From: Hormiphora californensis | Lineage: Eukaryota; Animalia; Ctenophora | Reading direction: 5' to 3' | Length of the DNA stretch: 64,000 nucleotides | NCBI GenBank assembly: GCA_020137815.1 | Contig: CM035350.1 | Span: 3,410,001-3,474,000, forward strand | In this document: positions 44,264 to 64,000 of the stretch, piece after piece | Layout of the letters: each line of letters opens with the position of its first letter | Numbering within the stretch: position 1 is the first letter of the stretch | Notes under the pieces: generated by a model | What the model was told of the DNA's origin: nothing | Database searches by the model: none | Seen by the model: the letters and a program-made list of their open reading frames with translations, nothing else | Made by a program: the position numbers and the translations under genes

Positions 44264-44350
44264 CCAATAGATGACATCTAGATAGTCCAATAGATGACAT
44301 CTAGATAGTCCAATAGATGACATCTAGATATACCAATAGATGACCTGTAT
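44264..44350 (+). repeat. 23-bp tandem repeat (~4 copies)
   Basis: CCAATAGATGACATCTAGATAGT repeated. Confidence 0.85.
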
Positions 44351-44388
44351 AGAATGGCTAGTCAATCTAGATACGACTAGGCCTCTCT

Positions 44389-44524
<136 letters not shown>

Positions 44525-45264
44525 CTCTCTCTCTCCCCCCTCTCTCTCTCTCTCTAAACTTGGAATCTGGAGAGATACCTTGGTAGTGTTTCGTTCATCA
44601 CGTGCACCAACAAGATAGATAGAGAGAAAGAGGGAAGAAGACAAAGAGAGAGGGGGAAATCAGAGGGATAGATTACTTGATAGGTAGAGAATCCTTGTAG
44701 CCTAGTGGGCAGTACGTGTTCTTTCACAAAACCTATCGATATCAGAAACAAGATACCGATAGGGTTTCCTTGTATGCGAAATAGGAATGTTCTGCTGCTT
44801 CGCATAGTACGTGTGATTTGCAGAAAACCTATCGCAAATCTTGCTAGATCAGTAATTTGTTACTCTGTTGAATCGATCAATTATGTGCAGTTTAGTGTCT
44901 TTCAAAGTCTCTGCGGCCATATATGATAGCATATGATAGAATTTCCCTTGCTCCATAAATGACGAAACTTAGCATATTACATATTTAGTTTTTGTCACGG
45001 GTCGTTCTAGAGCATTCGAGTTAATTTGCTTGCGGTATAAATTAGTTACGCTGTTTTTTCGGCCACAAACCCCCTTACGACGCGACGATCCATTTGGCTA
45101 TGATGTATTCTTATCTCTCATTCCTTCTATCCCTTAACTCCTTCTTTAGCTTGTTAATGTGGTCTTTCCAGAAATCCTGGACTGACCACTGGAGTGCACT
45201 GCATGTGTTTTCTATAAACATCTAGACAGAGAGCCAGACAAGGAAAGAGACGTATAGCGAGGGA

Positions 45265-45331
<67 letters not shown>

Positions 45332-46468
45332 AAGATAATTAACGGTAGGAAAGATGGAGACAGAAGCTTGCAAGATCGCAGATCTATGAGGTATTGTGTT
45401 GAACAGTAGACGCTTGATCGGGAGATGGTGCTGCGATCTTGAGCTCACATGCAGAGATCCTAACCACTAGAGGCCGCGAGGTATATATAAGAGATCAGTC
45501 TTATCTAGAATTAATAGGTATAGTCGGCTTAGAGCTGCAGTATGGCAATTGATCCCGGGCCAATCGTTACTTTCAGTAGATACCTCATACCTTTTTTCTT
45601 GTGATAAACCCAAATTTCACTTCGCCGAACGCAGCAGCGTCAGCTGTCTCTCGCCTAAACTAGGGAATATCCCGGGAATATTTTAAAGTTAAAACGCGAT
45701 GAGTATTTGGAATATTAAGAAGCCTTTGAGTAACTTTGATCGAGATTAGTATAAGAATACCATACATAACGACATCCAACAGTCTTCCATATCATATCTC
45801 TCTAGTCTCTCTCCCTATCTCTCTTTCTATCTCTCTCCCTATCTTTCTCCCTATCTCCCCCAGCTTCTTATTTCTCGGCATCCTGGATTTGTTTGTTAAT
45901 CTTGCAACCCGCAATCAGTCAGTGTCGATCGGTATTTGGGTTTTTCGCACCCCACACCCCACACCCCCCCAAGTTCTAAGTTATTATGTTTATGTGTCGA
46001 ATCATCGGTATGAAGGTGTCCTCTGGTGCTATTGGTAGTTAGTTAGTTAGATTGCAGAAGCCATCTTGACGCATATCACGCTGCGTTCCACAATGCTGAG
46101 ATACTTATTTGCAGTTAGTTCCGGCACCCGGACAGTGTTTTTAGAGTTTGTTAGTGTTTTAGTTGTCTTGTTCGGGACAGTGGTTTAGAGTTGTGTTTTG
46201 TTAGGAGATAGGGGACAAAGTGAAAAAAATAGTTTTTTCTTGCCTGATACTAAAGTTGGTTTTTCTTTTTATTTTTTTTTAACCCGGCTGTCATGAAACT
46301 ACTTCTATAACAATGCATTTGTTTGTGCCCCTTGTTGCGTTTTTCAAAAACTGAGAATAAAGAATTAGTTTTTCCCGTTTTTTAGCCGTTCTTTGTGGGT
46401 CAGCCCCTCATCCGGTTGTGTCAAATGGTCATAGGACTTTTTGAACTCTTTATCTCTCTCTCCCTCTT

Positions 46469-46503
<35 letters not shown>

Positions 46504-47682
46504 ATCCTCTCTCTCTCTATCTCTCCTTCCTTCTTCTCCTCTCTCTCTCGCTTTCTCCTCTTTCTCTCCCCCTTCTCTCTCTCTCCTCTCCTCGCTTCTC
46601 TTCTCTCTCTCTCTCTCTACCTACTTCTCTCTTCTCTCTCTCTTGTCTCTCTTCTCTCTCTTCTCTCTCCTCTCCCCACCCTCTCTCTATACTCTCCTCT
46701 CTCATCTTTATCTCAGCTGTTGTTCTCGGTCCCAGTCAAAGAAAGGCAAGGTCTTGGTCTTTTTGGTGGAGGAAGTATTAAAATCCACCTTGTTACACCT
46801 TGGACTCGTATTGCATGACGACGATGTCTGATGTTGCATGCAGCATGGCGTGCGTGCAGGATAGGATCTTATGCAAACCTAGATCTGTATACCATCTCTC
46901 TTCTCCCTCTCTCTCCGGCACATCTCGTGTCAGCTCTTCAATTTGCTTTACCGCCCCGGCTTGCTTGTCCCTAAAGCTCCGAGCTCTCCTCTCTGTGTTT
47001 CTAGAACAACACTGCACGTGCACTGCCGCACTGGAGTCAGTCATGTGAGGGAGGGGGTGAACTAGATTATATACCTTAATTATAATAGGGATATTATAGT
47101 ATCTTGAATGTCGAATGATACAGTTCGACGGATCGATCTGACTGGTTCTCCAGATGATTCTGCAGATTCGATACCCCATCAGACAGGATTTATATAATAG
47201 GAATTCTCTTCATCTCTATCTCTATCTCTTTACGCTCTCTATCGACTAGTCGAGCGAAGTCTTATCTGTTAACAATTTTGAATTTTGACATTGTCATCTA
47301 AGATTCATTTTCATTCACAAGTCCAAGCGAGACTGCTAAGATAAATTATTCACGTTTTATTGTTAGATTTTAAACCCAAAGAAGCTTGCAGTTGAGAGCA
47401 ATCATTCATCATAATCGATCTAACTTCAACAAGGTGTTAACAGTTCTACAGTTTCACTCTCCATTCCTGTCTACCAAGCTCTTTTTATCACCACACACCA
47501 CTATCTCTATTCTTAGCCCCGTCTCCTCGCGCAAGCTCGCGCCCTCTATCTCTCGCGAGAGATGAACGCGAGGATCTCTCTCTCTCTCTCCTCTCTCACT
47601 CTTCTCTCTCTTCCTCTCCTATCTCTCTCTCTCTGATCTTCTCTCTCTCTCTATCTCACTCTCCCTCTCTTCTCACTCTCTC

Positions 47683-47719
<37 letters not shown>

Positions 47720-48302
47720 ATCTCTCTCTTCTCCTCTCTCTCTCTCTTCTCTTCTCTCTATCTCTCTCTCTCCTCCTCTCCTCCTTACTCTCATCTCCTC
47801 TCTCTCCTCTCTCTCTCTCTCTCCCTCTCTCTCCTCTCTCTCTCTCTCTCTCTCCTCCCTGCTCTCTCTTCGCTCTCCTCCCTTCTTCCCCTCTCTCTCT
47901 CTCTCTCGACTCTCCTCTCTCTCCTTACTCCCTCTCTCCTCTATCTAGCAAGAGGAAGAAGACTGGACCCTTCCAGAATCCTCCATGCTGCCAGGAGGGT
48001 TGCGTTGGTCAAGTAAACTGAGCCCTACTTACCAGACAGGCCGTTAGACGTTGGTCGCCCCTATATTCCTGCAGAGGCAGGGCTTCATTACCTCCCTCCC
48101 CTGGATTCCCCGGGCGTAATATTTCTCCATTTTACTCCTTGCAAACTATAATATAAAATTGGCCGGTATCGCTAATATTTTCAAGCTTTTCAGATCCTTA
48201 ACTATCGTCTATCAATTATCTGATAATATTCTACTTTTGAGAATTACCTATGTGCCTTGTTTGTCAATGATCTAACGCTCTGTCTCTCACTCCCTCCATC
48301 TA

Positions 48303-48399
<97 letters not shown>

Positions 48400-50006
48400 C
48401 GTTGTGATATCTTTCCCCTATTTTCCGTCCGTGGCAGGGACGTGATATCCGGATCACCCCTCACCAAGGGGGGGGGGACCTGCCGTCGCTTCCTGCTGTC
48501 TGGTACAGACCTGACATAATCTCCCATATATTCATAACATATCACATTATCGTCATGATAGTGAGAGAGAGAGAGAGAGAGAGGAGGATAACAAATGAAT
48601 AGACTGCCCTGCAGCTCGGTGCATCTAGACTGAAACAAGCATTACCTTTCTCGCCCCCTCCTCCAGGCTGCAGCGTACCGCACAGGCACCGTCTCCTTCT
48701 CTATTTGTCCCCCCACTAGGTATTACGAAGCCCACAGGCTACAACCCATATCCCCGCCAAGCATGCCAAACGAAGGCCGAAGAGTACAGTGTGAGGTGTC
48801 TTCGATACCAAATCCCCGCGGGCACTCCCCCATACCTTGTTCTAATCTTGTTTTAAAGCACACATTATATGGCCTGTGAATTATCAGCAGTAAAGCAACA
48901 AATGGGGTAGGTATAGATAAGTTTTCAAATCATAGGTACCCTATTATATGCCATAAGTTGTAACAACAAATAAGATGTTCCAAAGAGTAACCGGAACCCT
49001 GAATTATACTGTCCTGCGAAAAACTTCTTCTTATCCTATCAGGATTCCTAGTTACAACATTATGGTTCACTAACTCAAACACGTCATGTGTTGGAAGTTG
49101 AAACCCTAGAGGGCCGGGTGTTTCTCTTTATGCATTTTGTCATTTCTGTGGTTAGTTAGTGTCGATATTATCAGTGCAAATTTGGCTAATGCAAAAGTCT
49201 GTTATGTTATGAAACTTGACGTATGCAGTAGCTCAGACCCGCCCCCGCATCCCCCTACTGTCTAGTAATATTGCGTCATAACTCCTTATGATACTAATGA
49301 CAGTATCATGACCTATGATAAGCTTGGGGAGTGGTAATCTCGGAAGTAGTGTGTTAGTATTTAAGGGTGTCACTTTCCTGGCTCACTGCAGTAGCTTGTG
49401 CTTGGTTCTGACCATCGTAGACTTGCTTAGGGTGGTATTGTTCACACTGCGCAAGACAAGGTGCTACGCCCTCCCTTTGATATTGACTATAATATGTCTC
49501 AATAATAATAATAGTCTGATATATTGCTTTTGTTGTGCATAATACATCACCATCCCCCATTGTTTGTTAATTACTTTCCTCTACAACGGATATGTGATAT
49601 ATTATCGTGACGTGTGTTTATCAACATTATATCCAAGATCATATCCCCGAAATAGACTGCTTTTATAAGGTGTAACTCAATTCCAATCCGACTTCTGGAT
49701 ATATAATAACATGTCGACGAGATCTATTAAGGATAAATTCGGTCATTGTGTTTTTTACATGTCTCGCGTGACTGTTCTCGCATCCGTAGAATCGTCTAGA
49801 CTGAAACTGCCCAGTTATTATAAAAGTCCTCATTTTGTGCCCTAATTTTTAAAGTTGCTGATTACCTCGTACGATCTTTGTTATTATACTGCTCCCCCTT
49901 ACTAGGAAAAATCATATATGACACACAAACAGACGAACAAACTCGACAGTGACAAGTGACAAACATGTGAAGGATGCATACCCCAACTACCATCTCTCTT
50001 TAGGAC

Positions 50007-64000
<13,994 letters not shown>

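Overview
Intron-rich animal genomic DNA, not prokaryotic. Short GT-AG introns, abundant (GA)n and the gene styles feel like a non-bilaterian such as a ctenophore, but that is an impression I cannot prove. Six spliced genes can be reconstructed by hand: a white-like ABCG half-transporter (-, runs off the left edge), a rhodopsin-class GPCR (+), RBM39 (-), ATRX (-), an SLC14/UT-family urea transporter (-) and an astacin-CUB-multi-EGF tolloid-like protease (+, runs off the right edge). Introns and intergenic DNA are full of small non-autonomous DNA transposons: near-perfect foldbacks up to 1.34 kb, 53-100 bp MITEs with 9-bp TSDs, nested insertions and Helitrons. Most striking unexplained structure: (1) tandem arrays built from copies of a gene's own splice junction, in four genes; several units read GT...AG and look like chains of micro-introns or ratchet points. 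(2) A candidate pair of poison exons with stem-loops in RBM39 intron 1. (3) A 3' splice acceptor 1-15 nt before the ATG in all five genes whose start is visible, compatible with SL trans-splicing. Scattered 1-bp frameshifts, a garbled block (about 56.2-57.3 kb) and a noisy duplicate (about 59.5-60.7 kb) suggest an imperfectly polished assembly. All coordinates were read by eye and may be off by a few bases.
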